Part shown: positions 9,568 to 20,822 of the stretch, piece after piece
Layout of the letters: each line of letters opens with the position of its first letter
Position numbering within the stretch: position 1 is the first letter of the stretch
Sequence record: SRR22947727_261
DNA length: 64,000 nt
Strand: one strand, 5' to 3'
Notes under the pieces: model-generated
Told to the model about the DNA's origin: nothing
Databases searched by the model: none
What the model saw: the letters and a program-made list of their open reading frames with translations, nothing else
Program-made: the position numbers and the translations under genes

Positions 9568-12500
9568 TTATTAGATTTGTTATTTTATTTCTTCTACTTA
9601 AGGCATTAGACTCATTCAAATTAATGATAAGTTTATTTTCCTTATTAATGTTATAAATATTGGGCTCCTTTGTAACTAGTGTCAATATCTTATCGAAAAC
9701 ACCTTTATTTAAATTACTTGATAAAAGAAGTGAGGTTTTTATTTTGCTTGAATTAATTTTTAAAATTCCAGAATTTTTTATATTAATTGCTAGTTTTGTA
9801 TCACTTATTAGATTAATTATTTCTTCAGTGAGTGCGCCACATCTATCTATCAAATCATTTTTTATCTTATTTATTTCATCAATACTAGATGCACTATTTA
9901 ACGATTTATATATTTTTAACCTTTCTAAAGGTGATGGAAGATAGTCATCGTTGATATATGAGGAGTCGTAAAAATTAATCTCTGTTTGTATTAATTCTTT
10001 TTCGTCATTATTTTTAAATTTATTTAATGCATTTTTTAGCATTGATAGGTACAAATTTATTCCAATGGTATTTATATGCCCACTTTGTTTATCACCAAGT
10101 ATCTCGCCACCACCTCTAATTTCTAAATCCTCCTGGGCAATAAAGAATCCAGATCCAAGATCTGACAGTCTAATTATTGAATCTAGTCGATTTTTAGCAA
10201 TTCTAGATAAATCAGGTATAGGTATTAAAAAATAGCAATAACCTTGTTTTATAGACCTTCCAACACGTCCTCTAAGTTGATGAAGCTGAGATAAACCAAA
10301 GTTTTGTGCATCTATTATTAATATTGTATTAGCGTTTGGTATATCCAATCCCATTTCAACTATGGTTGTACAAATAAGGACATCCAATCTACCAAGATCA
10401 AAATCTCCCATTACTTTTGAAATCTCGTTTTTATTAAGTTTTCCATGAGCTATATCGATGGTTATTTCTGGCAAAATAGAGATTAGATTTTTTTTCAGTG
10501 ATTCCATTTTTGAAATATCATTCTGAACAATAAAGCACTGACCACCCCTTGATACCTCTCTTGAAATAGCTTCTTTAAAAAGCTGAAAGTTTTCTACTTT
10601 TAAAAATGATTTAATACTTATTCTATTTGTTGGAGGGGTATGAAGAAAAGAGAATTCTTTTAATCCAGAATATATAAAATTCATAGTTCTTGGAATTGGA
10701 GTTGCTGAAAGATAAAGAATATGAATATTTTCTTGCTTGCTTTTGATTAGATCTTTTTGCTTAATTCCAAATTTATGTTCTTCATCAACAACCAAAAGCC
10801 CTGTATTTGAGAAATTAATTCCTGATGTAAATAGGGCATGTGTACCAATTAATATATCAACGTTACCCTTATTAAAATCACTAACAATTCCTTCTTTATT
10901 TTTTTTATTTACATGTCTATTTATAATTTGGGTATTAACCGCAAGAGATTTAAATCTCGCTAAAAATGATTCATAGTGTTGGTCGCTTAATACTGTGCTA
11001 GGACAAAGAATGATGACTTGTTTCCCTGAAGATATAGAAATAAATGCTGATCTCATTGCAACTTCTGTTTTTCCAAAACCAACATCACCACATAAAACTC
11101 TATTCATTGGTTTTACTAAGCCCATATCTTTTCTAATTGATTTGATAGCCTCTAATTGATCTGGCGTTTCTGTAAAAGGAAATAAATTATTAAATTTATT
11201 AAATTCAAAATCATCAACTCTAAGAACTTTTGCAGTTGATGCTTGTCTTCTTGATTCAATATCAAGTATCTCAGCAGCATGGTCATATGCCCTTTGTTCT
11301 GCTTTTGCTTTGTTTTTTGACCATTTATTAGAAGAAAGAGAATCCAAAATAACTTCAGCAAAAAAATCATTTTTATGATATTTGGATATTAATTCTACGC
11401 TTCTTAAGGGAACGTAAAGCGCCTCATTAGAAGAATATATAATCTTCATATATTCATTTGAAGTACCATTTGTTGTTACAACTTCTAATCCTGAATATAG
11501 CCCAATTCCATAATTTTCGTGAACAACATAATCTCCTTCTTTGAATAAGATATCTTTGTTGGTAGCTAATGATTTGGTTTGATCGTTAGACGATAAAAAC
11601 ATGTTGACAGTTTCAGAATATTCTTTATGACAAACTACATAGCTATTTAATTCTATTGGCCTAACTATTTCTGAAAGCATCAAATTTAATGAATCAATAG
11701 CATTATCTATATTTGAAATTTCATTTATGTTTGTAGAGAATTGTTTAATAAGCTTTTCGTATTCACTTTGAATAGAAGTTATTAAAATTATTTTTTTATT
11801 ATTTATCTCTTTGTTATCAATGAGTCTTAATAATGATTCAAAATCTTTAAAACATGGAATTTTATAATTATCTTTAGCATTTACAATTTTATCTTTTGAG
11901 CAAAATGACATAACTAAATCTTTATGTACAAAGCAATCTTTTGGTTTTAATAAAGGCCTTGCAGAGTCAATATTTTCATCGTTATACCTTTGATATATAT
12001 AAGTATCATATAAAGATATCTCAGTATCTAAATTTTTCAATAAAATGAACTCATACTCTAAAAATAAATCAAAAAATGTAGATGTTTTATTAAAAAATAA
12101 TGGTAGATATATGTCTGAACCTTCGACCTTTTCGTTTTTACTTAATTTTTGAAATATTTCACAATGTCTTTCATCATTATTTTGAAAATAATTTCTCCAA
12201 TTATCTCGAAAAAGCTTAAGATTTTTTACATCTAAACCATAAAGAGAACTCTTGGTCAGTTTAAAATTTTCAATTTTTTCTATAGATAGCTGTGTTTCTA
12301 TATCAAAATATCTTATCGACTCTATTTCATCATCAAAGATTTCAACTCTTAATGGGTTCCTATAAATCGGCGTAAATATATCAATAATGCCACCTCGAAT
12401 GGCATATTGATTTAGTGATTCAATTTTGTTTGTTTTTTCATAATTTAATGAAATTAGAATATTTTCTAAATTTTTAAGTGATATTCCGTCATGAATTTTA

Positions 12501-12832
12501 AAAACTTCTTTAGATTTAAACAAATCTATTGTTGGATAGAGCTCAAATAAACTTTTGATAGTTGTTATGACTACCTCTTTTTGACTATTCAAAGAGTTTA
12601 ATATTTTAAATCGTTCTTTTTGAATATTTTCTGGAATTGAGAAATGATCATATGGAAGAATTTCGTTATCTGGAAAATATTTAATTTTATTTTTATCTAT
12701 GTAAAGTGATAACTCATTTTCCAATAACTTTGCCTCTCTATTGTCATGAACTACAACAACCATTGATTGATCAGTAATATGATATTTATCACACAATAAA
12801 TGTGCATATCTATGGTCAATAATTTTAGTCAT
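9554..12832 (-). CDS. mfd: transcription-repair coupling factor
   Basis: EILPYD, RGGIIDIF, VVHENYGIG, CGDVGFGKTEVA, DEEHKFG, SATPIPRT, QLRGRVGR, DLEIRGGG. Confidence 0.97.
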   Translation of the reverse strand: MTKIIDHRYAHLLCDKYHITDQSMVVVVHDNREAKLLENELSLYIDKNKIKYFPDNEILPYDHFSIPENIQKERFKILNSLNSQKEVVITTIKSLFELYPTIDLFKSKEVFKIHDGISLKNLENILISLNYEKTNKIESLNQYAIRGGIIDIFTPIYRNPLRVEIFDDEIESIRYFDIETQLSIEKIENFKLTKSSLYGLDVKNLKLFRDNWRNYFQNNDERHCEIFQKLSKNEKVEGSDIYLPLFFNKTSTFFDLFLEYEFILLKNLDTEISLYDTYIYQRYNDENIDSARPLLKPKDCFVHKDLVMSFCSKDKIVNAKDNYKIPCFKDFESLLRLIDNKEINNKKIILITSIQSEYEKLIKQFSTNINEISNIDNAIDSLNLMLSEIVRPIELNSYVVCHKEYSETVNMFLSSNDQTKSLATNKDILFKEGDYVVHENYGIGLYSGLEVVTTNGTSNEYMKIIYSSNEALYVPLRSVELISKYHKNDFFAEVILDSLSSNKWSKNKAKAEQRAYDHAAEILDIESRRQASTAKVLRVDDFEFNKFNNLFPFTETPDQLEAIKSIRKDMGLVKPMNRVLCGDVGFGKTEVAMRSAFISISSGKQVIILCPSTVLSDQHYESFLARFKSLAVNTQIINRHVNKKNKEGIVSDFNKGNVDILIGTHALFTSGINFSNTGLLVVDEEHKFGIKQKDLIKSKQENIHILYLSATPIPRTMNFIYSGLKEFSFLHTPPTNRISIKSFLKVENFQLFKEAISREVSRGGQCFIVQNDISKMESLKKNLISILPEITIDIAHGKLNKNEISKVMGDFDLGRLDVLICTTIVEMGLDIPNANTILIIDAQNFGLSQLHQLRGRVGRSIKQGYCYFLIPIPDLSRIAKNRLDSIIRLSDLGSGFFIAQEDLEIRGGGEILGDKQSGHINTIGINLYLSMLKNALNKFKNNDEKELIQTEINFYDSSYINDDYLPSPLERLKIYKSLNSASSIDEINKIKNDLIDRCGALTEEIINLISDTKLAINIKNSGILKINSSKIKTSLLLSSNLNKGVFDKILTLVTKEPNIYNINKENKLIINLNESNALSRRNKITNLINEIL

Positions 12833-12907
12833 TTGTTAGTAAATTTTTTACAAATCCTAGTATAATGTGTCGCGTATTCTATCAATCAAATAAAAATAAA
12901 GGTAATT

Positions 12908-14077
12908 ATGGACATAAATTTTTCAAAAGAGGATCTTCAATTTAGAGATGAGCTTAGAGAGTGGCTTGCTAATGACTATCCAAAACATGTAAAAGATAAA
13001 ATGAATAAAGGCGAGCATTTAACTAGGCAGGATATGGTTGATTATCACAAAGCTTTATCTGCAAAAGGATGGATGGGTTACAACTGGCCTGTAGAATATG
13101 GTGGTACAGGCTGGAGTGCCACTCAGTTATATTTATTTAATAAAGAATTTGGTTTAGCAGGTTGTCCACCACTTTTAGCTTTTGGTGTAAGCATGGTAGC
13201 TCCAGTAATATACACCTTTGGTAATGATGAGCAAAAGAAGAGATTTTTACCTGATATATTGGATTTTAATACATGGTGGTGTCAGGGATATTCTGAACCA
13301 GGCTCAGGTTCTGATTTAGCTTCCCTAAAAACAAAAGCTGTTAAAGATGGAGATCATTATATTGTTAATGGCTCTAAAACATGGACAACGTTAGCTCAAA
13401 ATGCTGATTGGATTTTTCTGCTTGTTAGAACTGAATCTACTGGAAAAAAACAAGAAGGTATATCATTTCTTTTAGTAGACATGAAAACCCCTGGCATAGA
13501 AGTAAAGCCAATTATCACCATAGATGGAGATCATGAAGTCAATTCTGTATTTTTTACAGATGTGAAAGTTCCAGCCGAAAACTTAGTTGGTGAAGAAGGC
13601 AAAGGGTGGACATATGCCAAATTTTTACTAGCACATGAGAGATTTGGTATAGCTGCTGTAGGAGCTTCAATGAGAGCACTTAATGAGTTGAAAGAAGTTG
13701 TTTCAACATTAAATAATTCAGATTTAGATAAAAAAGTAGCTGAAATGGAGATTGCTATTTCTGCTTTAGAAATGACAGAATTAAGACTTTTATCAGAACT
13801 TGAAAACGGTGGACATCCTGGAGCTGAATCTTCCATACTAAAAATTAAAGGTACAGAAATACAACAAGGACTTACTGAAATTTTTGTAGAAGCGGCTGGT
13901 GAGTACGCGCTTATGTATCCAGGAGCAGGAGGTTATGGCTCAAATGACAAGCCATCTGGTCCAGAGCATGCTGCTGTATCTCTAGAAAGGTTTTTAAATT
14001 TTAGAAAAACATCTATATACGGTGGAAGCAATGAAATTCAAAAAAATATAATTTCTAAATTTGTACTAGGAGTATAA
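12908..14077 (+). CDS. acyl-CoA dehydrogenase, PimC-like large subunit
   Basis: WWCQGYSEPGSGSDLASL, GWTYAKFLLAHER, SIYGGSNEIQKNII. Confidence 0.88.
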   Translation: MDINFSKEDLQFRDELREWLANDYPKHVKDKMNKGEHLTRQDMVDYHKALSAKGWMGYNWPVEYGGTGWSATQLYLFNKEFGLAGCPPLLAFGVSMVAPVIYTFGNDEQKKRFLPDILDFNTWWCQGYSEPGSGSDLASLKTKAVKDGDHYIVNGSKTWTTLAQNADWIFLLVRTESTGKKQEGISFLLVDMKTPGIEVKPIITIDGDHEVNSVFFTDVKVPAENLVGEEGKGWTYAKFLLAHERFGIAAVGASMRALNELKEVVSTLNNSDLDKKVAEMEIAISALEMTELRLLSELENGGHPGAESSILKIKGTEIQQGLTEIFVEAAGEYALMYPGAGGYGSNDKPSGPEHAAVSLERFLNFRKTSIYGGSNEIQKNIISKFVLGV

Positions 14078-14080
14078 AAA

Positions 14081-15175
14081 ATGAACTTAAGTTATACAGA
14101 AGAACAGGTAATGCTCAGAGAACAGATTCAGAAGTTTTGTGAAACAGAATATGATTTTTATAAAAGAGAAGATGTAGTTAAATCAGATAAAGATTTTGAT
14201 GAAAATGCATGGTCTTTATTTGCAGAACAAGGTTGGCTATCAATGCCTTTTTCAGAAGAGTCTGGCGGTTTTGGCTTTGGCCCAATTGAACTTTCTGTTT
14301 TATTTGAAGAGTTTGGTAAATCTCTTGTTATAGAACCATATTTAGCTAATGTTGTATTAGCCGGAACTGTTCTTGATAAATCAAATTTTAGTAAAAAAGT
14401 AGAATTAATTGAAGCCATATGCTCAGGTTCAATGCATGTATCTCTTGCATTTGCAGAACCTGCAAATTCGTATGACTATTTTAAATCTAATACAAATATT
14501 TCAGATGATAACAAGTTGAATGGTACTAAATCATTAGTATTAAATGGCAAAAACGCTTCTAAGTTAATTGTATCTTGTATTAAAAATAACTCCTTATCAT
14601 TGGTTTTGGTCGATCAAGATGCTAATGGTGTTTCTTTTAACTCTTTTAGAACAGTTGATGAGCAAACTTGTGCAGAGTACATCTTTGAAAATGTTTCTGT
14701 TGAGGATTCCGATATTATTGCTTCAGGGGATGAGGCTAAGAAATTGCTAGAGGAAGCTATTAACCTTGCAACATTATGCGTTAGTGCAGAAGCGGTTGGA
14801 TGTATGACATCTTGCTACCTCAAGACAGTTCAATATACTAAAGAACGTGAACAGTTTGATCAGCCAATATCAAATTTCCAAGTCTTACAACATAGAATGG
14901 TAGATATGTTTATTGATAGTGAATTAGCTAAATCACTTTTATACAAAGCTATGCTTGAAGTTGACTCAAACTCGGATGAAAAATTTAAACATGTTTCAGC
15001 TCTAAAGGCGCACGTTGGTAAATTTGGAAAGCTTTCTGCTCAAAATGCTGTTCAACTTCATGGTGGAATGGGGGTTAGCGAGGAGATGATGATTGGTCAT
15101 TATCTTAAGAAAATGGTTGCTATTGATGCTATGTTTGGAAATGCTGACCATCATTTAAAAGCATTTTCTAAATAA
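14081..15175 (+). CDS. acyl-CoA dehydrogenase, PimD-like small subunit
   Basis: REQFDQPISNFQVLQHRMVDM, AVQLHGGMG. Paired with the upstream ACAD. Confidence 0.85.
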   Translation: MNLSYTEEQVMLREQIQKFCETEYDFYKREDVVKSDKDFDENAWSLFAEQGWLSMPFSEESGGFGFGPIELSVLFEEFGKSLVIEPYLANVVLAGTVLDKSNFSKKVELIEAICSGSMHVSLAFAEPANSYDYFKSNTNISDDNKLNGTKSLVLNGKNASKLIVSCIKNNSLSLVLVDQDANGVSFNSFRTVDEQTCAEYIFENVSVEDSDIIASGDEAKKLLEEAINLATLCVSAEAVGCMTSCYLKTVQYTKEREQFDQPISNFQVLQHRMVDMFIDSELAKSLLYKAMLEVDSNSDEKFKHVSALKAHVGKFGKLSAQNAVQLHGGMGVSEEMMIGHYLKKMVAIDAMFGNADHHLKAFSK

Positions 15176-15219
15176 ACGACTTTTATTTAAACCTATATCG
15201 TTTAAAATAATTTTTGTAC

Positions 15220-15234
15220 TGTAAATTATTTACA
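15220..15234. promoter_or_regulatory. HexR/RccR-like palindrome upstream of gap
   Basis: TGTAAA-TTA-TTTACA with perfect arms, 6 bp before the gap ATG. Confidence 0.5.
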
Positions 15235-15240
15235 TAAATT

Positions 15241-16743
15241 ATGAACGTTAATAAAGATTCTTCTTTTCAATCTACTAAAAGACAAGATCGTCTTCTTCCT
15301 GAAGATTCTTTCGGTGATTGGAAGTGGAGAGAAGGCCTTGCTGAACTTATGGTTCCAGTTGTTGGAAGCTTATATCGTGATGGAATAAATATTCTCATTT
15401 ATGGTAAATCGCTTGTAAACCAGTCACCTGTTGAGATTATGAGAGCTCATAGATTTGCGAGACAATCTGACCAAAATGAACTAAGTGAACTTGAGACATT
15501 TCCTATTCTTCAATATTTAGATACTTTAAAAATCGCAGATTGTGAAATTGATATTGGAGAGCTTGCAGTAAGATTTCCTAATTTTTCAGAACTAAAAAAC
15601 GATATATCTGGTCTTAAAGAATATTTAGATACTGAATTATCGAGCGTTATAAACAAAGATTCAAAACGTCCAAATAAACCTAAAGATATTGTGCTTTATG
15701 GATTTGGAAGAATAGGAAGATTAGTCACTAGAATGATAATACAAAATACAGGACCAGGTAATTACTATAGATTACGAGCTATAGTAATAAGAAAGGCTAG
15801 TGATGATGATATCTACAAAAGAGCTAGTTTATTATCTAGAGATTCAGTTCATGGATCTTTTGATGGCACTGTAAGAGTTGATGAAGATAAATCAACTCTG
15901 GTTATTAATGGCAACCCGGTAAAAATTATTTATGCTCAAAGTCCTAATGATGTTAATTATCATGATTATGATATTACAAATCCTATTGTTATAGATAATA
16001 CAGGCGTTTGGAGAGATGTTGATGGTTTATCTCAACATATTAAATCTAAAGCATCAAAAGTTATCCTTACAGCTCCAGGTAAGGGAGATATAAAAAATGT
16101 CGTCTATGGGGTTAATGATAATATCCTTGAAGATTCTGATGAAATAATTTCAGCTGCATCATGTACTACAAATGCTATCGTTCCTGTTCTAAAGGTTATT
16201 AATGATCAATACGGAATTGATGGCGGCCATATAGAAACAGTTCATTCATATACAAATGATCAAAACTTAATTGATAATTTTCATAAAGGAGATAGAAGAG
16301 GTAGGGGGGCTCCATTAAATATGGTTATAACATCTACAGGGGCTGTTAAAGCTGTTGGTAAAGCCATTCCAGAATTAGCTAATAAATTAACAGGTAATGC
16401 TATAAGAGTTCCTACTCCAAATGTAAGTCTTGCAATTTTATCACTAGTAATAAATGAAAGCATTGATAAAGAAAGTCTTAATAATTACCTTAAATCAATG
16501 GCTTTTCACTCTAAATATAGAGAAACAATTGGTTTTGTTAATTCTCCAGAGATAGTTTCAACTGATTTTTATTCTAGCCCCTTTGCTTCAATAATTGACT
16601 CACAAGCTACAATCACAAGTGGAAAAAGAGTCACCTTGTATTGTTGGTACGACAACGAGTATGGCTATTCAAAACAGGTTATTAATTTAGCAAAAAAAGT
16701 TGCTGGCATTTCACTGAAAAGATTACCTAAACCAATTTCATAA
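15241..16743 (+). CDS. gap: glyceraldehyde-3-phosphate dehydrogenase, long form with N-terminal extension
   Basis: YGFGRIGR, DSVHG, SAASCTTN, RVPTPNVS, WYDNEYGYS. Confidence 0.95.
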   Translation: MNVNKDSSFQSTKRQDRLLPEDSFGDWKWREGLAELMVPVVGSLYRDGINILIYGKSLVNQSPVEIMRAHRFARQSDQNELSELETFPILQYLDTLKIADCEIDIGELAVRFPNFSELKNDISGLKEYLDTELSSVINKDSKRPNKPKDIVLYGFGRIGRLVTRMIIQNTGPGNYYRLRAIVIRKASDDDIYKRASLLSRDSVHGSFDGTVRVDEDKSTLVINGNPVKIIYAQSPNDVNYHDYDITNPIVIDNTGVWRDVDGLSQHIKSKASKVILTAPGKGDIKNVVYGVNDNILEDSDEIISAASCTTNAIVPVLKVINDQYGIDGGHIETVHSYTNDQNLIDNFHKGDRRGRGAPLNMVITSTGAVKAVGKAIPELANKLTGNAIRVPTPNVSLAILSLVINESIDKESLNNYLKSMAFHSKYRETIGFVNSPEIVSTDFYSSPFASIIDSQATITSGKRVTLYCWYDNEYGYSKQVINLAKKVAGISLKRLPKPIS

Positions 16744-16806
16744 AACTATAGAATCAATAGCTCTTTAGTTTTATAATCATCACGTTTTTGATGTATATAA
16801 TTTTAC

Positions 16807-18138
16807 TTGGGTACAGCACACGTGATAAAAACTTCTAAAGGTCTAAATTTACCAATTTCTGGTATTCCTGAAGCTGTAGTTACTGACACTCCAAATGTAA
16901 GCTCTGTTTCATTGCTTGGAAATGATTTTATAGGCATGAAACCAACCATAATGGTTAAAACTGGTGATTCTGTTAAAAGAGGAACGAAGCTTTTTGAGGA
17001 TAAAAAAAATTCAGGTATTTATTTTACATCTCCTGCTGGAGGTATCGTTAAAGATATAAGCAGAGGAGACAAAAGAAAATTTCTTTCAATTGAGATCGAG
17101 ATTGCTGAAAACGAAGAAGCAGAATTATTTGAATATCAAACTAATTCCGATGGTTATAAAAAATTGCTTATAGATTCAGGTTTATGGAATGCCTTTAGAA
17201 CAAGACCTTTCAATAGAACACCTAAAGTTAATTCATTACCTGATGCAGTATTTGTAAATGCATGTGATACCAACCCACTATCTATCGATCCATCATTTAT
17301 TATTGATCAAGATAAAGATTATTTTAAAGAAGGTTTAGAGGGTTTAAAAAATTTATTTTCTTGTCCAATTCATTGCACATACCAAAATTCAAACTTCGAT
17401 ACAAATATTGATGGAATTAATTATTGTCAAGTGTCTGGACCACATCCAGCTGGTTTATCTAGTACTCATATAAGTAATATATATCCAGTTAATTTAAAAA
17501 GAGTTGTATGGACTATTGGTTATCAAGACATTATTTCCTTCGGTTATTTGTTAAAAAATAAAACTCTAAGAACTCATAAATTGATTGCACTAGGTGGACC
17601 ATCTGTTTTTAATCCTTCTATAATTAATGCAAGAATTTCAGGAAATATTGATCAATTAACTGCAGGTAAAATTGATGATAATACAAGAGTAGTATCTGGA
17701 TCATTAATATATGGTCATGCATCTGAGGGAGTGATGAATTATCTTGGTTTTTATGATTCTATTTTATCTGTAATACCAGATGCAGCTAATGATATATTTT
17801 TAAATTGGCTTATGCCTGGATCAAAAATGCATTCAAAATTAAATGTATTTTCTTCTTCGTTCTTAAAACCTAAGAAGTTTACATTTAACACATCTGTTAA
17901 CGGTGGTGATAGAGCTATAGTACCAGTAGGATCTTATGATGAGATAATGCCTATTGACATATTAGTCCCTCAATTACTTAAATCCTTAGTTGTAGGAGAT
18001 ATTGAACAAGCTGTTGATCTTGGAATGCTTGAACTAGCTCCAGAAGATTTAGCGCTATGCTCTTATATTTGTCCAAGCAAGTATGATTATTGTTCAATAC
18101 TTGCAAACAACCTTAATGCTTTATATCTAGAACAATGA
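16807..18138 (+). CDS. nqrA: Na+-translocating NADH:quinone reductase subunit A (start may be GTG 16822)
   Basis: KGLNLPISG, GPHPAG, SGSLIYG, EDLALCSYICPSK. Confidence 0.95.
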   Translation: MGTAHVIKTSKGLNLPISGIPEAVVTDTPNVSSVSLLGNDFIGMKPTIMVKTGDSVKRGTKLFEDKKNSGIYFTSPAGGIVKDISRGDKRKFLSIEIEIAENEEAELFEYQTNSDGYKKLLIDSGLWNAFRTRPFNRTPKVNSLPDAVFVNACDTNPLSIDPSFIIDQDKDYFKEGLEGLKNLFSCPIHCTYQNSNFDTNIDGINYCQVSGPHPAGLSSTHISNIYPVNLKRVVWTIGYQDIISFGYLLKNKTLRTHKLIALGGPSVFNPSIINARISGNIDQLTAGKIDDNTRVVSGSLIYGHASEGVMNYLGFYDSILSVIPDAANDIFLNWLMPGSKMHSKLNVFSSSFLKPKKFTFNTSVNGGDRAIVPVGSYDEIMPIDILVPQLLKSLVVGDIEQAVDLGMLELAPEDLALCSYICPSKYDYCSILANNLNALYLEQ

Positions 18139-19361
18139 ACGGCCTAAGAAATTACATAAATTCAGTGAAACCAAATTTTATTGGTGAGGGTAGATACGCT
18201 AAATGGTTCCCTCTGTTTGATGCTGTTGAAAACTTTATTTTCTCAACACAAACAAAAACGACCAATCCTGTTCATATAAGAGATGCTGTAGATATTCAAA
18301 AAATAATGGTAATTGTTTGGTTGGCAACATTTCCAGCAATGTTTTTTGGTATGTACAATCTTGGATCCCACTCATTAGAATATTTAGAATCTATTAATCA
18401 GTTAAATACAGGAGATTGGCATCATTATTTAGTCAATCTTGTTGGGTATGATTCATCGAGCTTCGTTGCTAAATTATGGTTTGGTGCTTGTTATTTTATG
18501 CCAATTTATATAACTGTTTTTGTGGTAGGTATTGGTTGGGAAACTATTTTTGCTGTCGTAAGAAAACATGAAATAAATGAAGGTGCTTTTGTTTCAACAG
18601 TTTTATTTTCATTAAGTTGTCCTCCTGATCTACCTCTTTGGCAAGCTGCACTAGGTATAACTTTTGGTTTAGTTATTGGTAAAGAGATATTTGGAGGTAC
18701 AGGTAAAAATTTCTTAAATCCTGCTTTGACTGGAAGAGCATTTTTGTATTTTGCATATCCTTCACAAATTTCAGGAGATAAGGTTTGGATAGCAGGTTTA
18801 GCTGATAATAATATAGTTCCAGAAGGGTATAGTGGAGCAACTGCACTTGGTGTGGCTGCTGAAAGTGGTATGGCAGGTATCTATGATAATTTCACATGGA
18901 TGGATGCATTTTTAGGTAATATACCAGGATCTATTGGAGAAACATCTATAATTGCTATTAGTATTGGTTTGATAATCCTTCTAGCAACTAAAGTTGCCTC
19001 TTGGAGAATTGTTCTCTGGACATTTATAGGAATGATAGCTATGTCTAGTCTATTAAATATAGTAGGGTCAGATACTAATCCTATGTTTGAAGTTCCATGG
19101 TATTGGCATGCAGTTATTGGAAGTTTTGCATTTGGACTAGTTTTTATGGCTACAGAGCCAGTGTCCGGTTCAGGTACTAATACAGGTAGGTGTATTTATG
19201 GTTTTATTATTGGTATAACAGTTATCTTGATAAGAGTAATAAACCCTGCTTTCCCTGAAGGAATGATGCTTGCAATTTTATTTGCTAATTTACTTGCTCC
19301 GGTAATAGATCATATGGTTATGATGTCTAATATAAACAGAAGAAAGGCTATAACACAATGA
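18135..19361 (+). CDS. nqrB: Na+-NQR subunit B
   Basis: HIRDAVD, KEIFGGTGKNFLNPAL, FMN site SGAT, GSIGETS. Confidence 0.97.
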   Translation: MNGLRNYINSVKPNFIGEGRYAKWFPLFDAVENFIFSTQTKTTNPVHIRDAVDIQKIMVIVWLATFPAMFFGMYNLGSHSLEYLESINQLNTGDWHHYLVNLVGYDSSSFVAKLWFGACYFMPIYITVFVVGIGWETIFAVVRKHEINEGAFVSTVLFSLSCPPDLPLWQAALGITFGLVIGKEIFGGTGKNFLNPALTGRAFLYFAYPSQISGDKVWIAGLADNNIVPEGYSGATALGVAAESGMAGIYDNFTWMDAFLGNIPGSIGETSIIAISIGLIILLATKVASWRIVLWTFIGMIAMSSLLNIVGSDTNPMFEVPWYWHAVIGSFAFGLVFMATEPVSGSGTNTGRCIYGFIIGITVILIRVINPAFPEGMMLAILFANLLAPVIDHMVMMSNINRRKAITQ

Positions 19362-20146
19362 ATGATTCAATAGTTAAAACATTAGGTGTTGCTTTTGCAA
19401 TATGTTTAATATGCTCATTGGTTGTATCATCAACCGCGGTCAGTCTTCGTGATATGCAAAATGAGAATAAGGCTAATGATAAACGAACAAAAATTCTTCA
19501 AGCTGCAGGTATTTTTAATCCAGAACTGGATATAAAAGAGCAATTTAACAAACTCGAGGAAAAATATTTAGATTTTAATTCTGGTAAGTTATTAAGAGGT
19601 TCAGATCTTGAAGTTTTCTTAGAAGAACACAAGGGAGACTATGATCAGATTGCCGCAACCAGAAAACCTGAATATTCAACTTCTTTAAATTCATCAGAAG
19701 ATATTGCTATTATCAAAAATAGAGAAAATGTTGGTAAGTTTTTTATCCTCAGAAATAAAGATAATTCTATTGATAAAATCATTCTGCCTGTGCGCGGCTA
19801 TGGATTATGGGGAACTCTTTTTGGTTATATATCTATTGAAGAAGACTTTAACACTGTAGCCGGTCTTGAGTTTTACGATCACAAAGAAACACCAGGCCTT
19901 GGGGCTGAAGTTGATAATCCAAAATGGAAGGCTTTATGGCCAGGAAAACAACTTTATAAAAATAATATTGTTTCTTTGGAAGTCATAAAAGGAAAAGTTC
20001 CTGTTGATGATAAAAACTTAGATTATAAGGTTGACGGACTATCTGGAGCCACTTTGACTAGCAGGGGTGTGACCAACATGTTGAAATATTGGTTTAGTGA
20101 TTCAGGTTATGCAAATTTATTTAGTGAGTTGGAATATGAATCTTAA
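19358..20146 (+). CDS. nqrC: Na+-NQR subunit C
   Basis: [29 protein letters not shown]. Confidence 0.97.
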   Translation: MNDSIVKTLGVAFAICLICSLVVSSTAVSLRDMQNENKANDKRTKILQAAGIFNPELDIKEQFNKLEEKYLDFNSGKLLRGSDLEVFLEEHKGDYDQIAATRKPEYSTSLNSSEDIAIIKNRENVGKFFILRNKDNSIDKIILPVRGYGLWGTLFGYISIEEDFNTVAGLEFYDHKETPGLGAEVDNPKWKALWPGKQLYKNNIVSLEVIKGKVPVDDKNLDYKVDGLSGATLTSRGVTNMLKYWFSDSGYANLFSELEYES

Positions 20147-20822
20147 TAAGTATAAAGATGTATTAGTAAAACCTCTTATAGATGAAAATCCTATTACTCT
20201 TCAGATACTAGGAATCTGTTCTGCATTAGCTGTTACGAATAATCTTTCAGTCACAATGGTTATGTGTGTCGCATTAACAAGCGTCGTAGCATTCTCAAAT
20301 TTATTTATATCAATAATTAGAAATCACATACCAAGCAGCATCAGAATTATTGTTCAGATGACCATTATAGCCTCGTTGGTTATAGTCGTTGATGAGCTCT
20401 TGAAAGCATATGACTATGAAACTAGTAAAAAGTTATCTGTATTTGTTGGTTTAATTATTACTAACTGTATTGTTATGGGGCGTGCAGAAGCCTTTGCAAT
20501 GAAAGAAAAGCCCTTATTAAGCTTTTTTGATGGTTTAGGTAATGGTCTTGGCTATAGTGTTATTTTAATTGGAGTTGCTGCAATAAGAGAGCTTTTTGGA
20601 GCTGGTACATTGTTTGGTTATGAAATTCTTCCACTTGTATCTAATGGTGGTTGGTATATGGCTAATAACTTATTACTTTTACCTCCTAGCTCATTTATTA
20701 TTATCGGTTTATTTATTTGGGCAATTAGATCTTACAAACCTGCACAAATAGAAGAAGACGATTTTGCTTTATCAAAACATTCTACAAGCCCAGATTTAAC
20801 AAAGAGAGAATTAAATGTTTGA
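20136..20822 (+). CDS. nqrD: Na+-NQR subunit D (start moved to ATG 20136)
   Basis: [35 protein letters not shown]. Confidence 0.95.
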   Translation: MNLNKYKDVLVKPLIDENPITLQILGICSALAVTNNLSVTMVMCVALTSVVAFSNLFISIIRNHIPSSIRIIVQMTIIASLVIVVDELLKAYDYETSKKLSVFVGLIITNCIVMGRAEAFAMKEKPLLSFFDGLGNGLGYSVILIGVAAIRELFGAGTLFGYEILPLVSNGGWYMANNLLLLPPSSFIIIGLFIWAIRSYKPAQIEEDDFALSKHSTSPDLTKRELNV

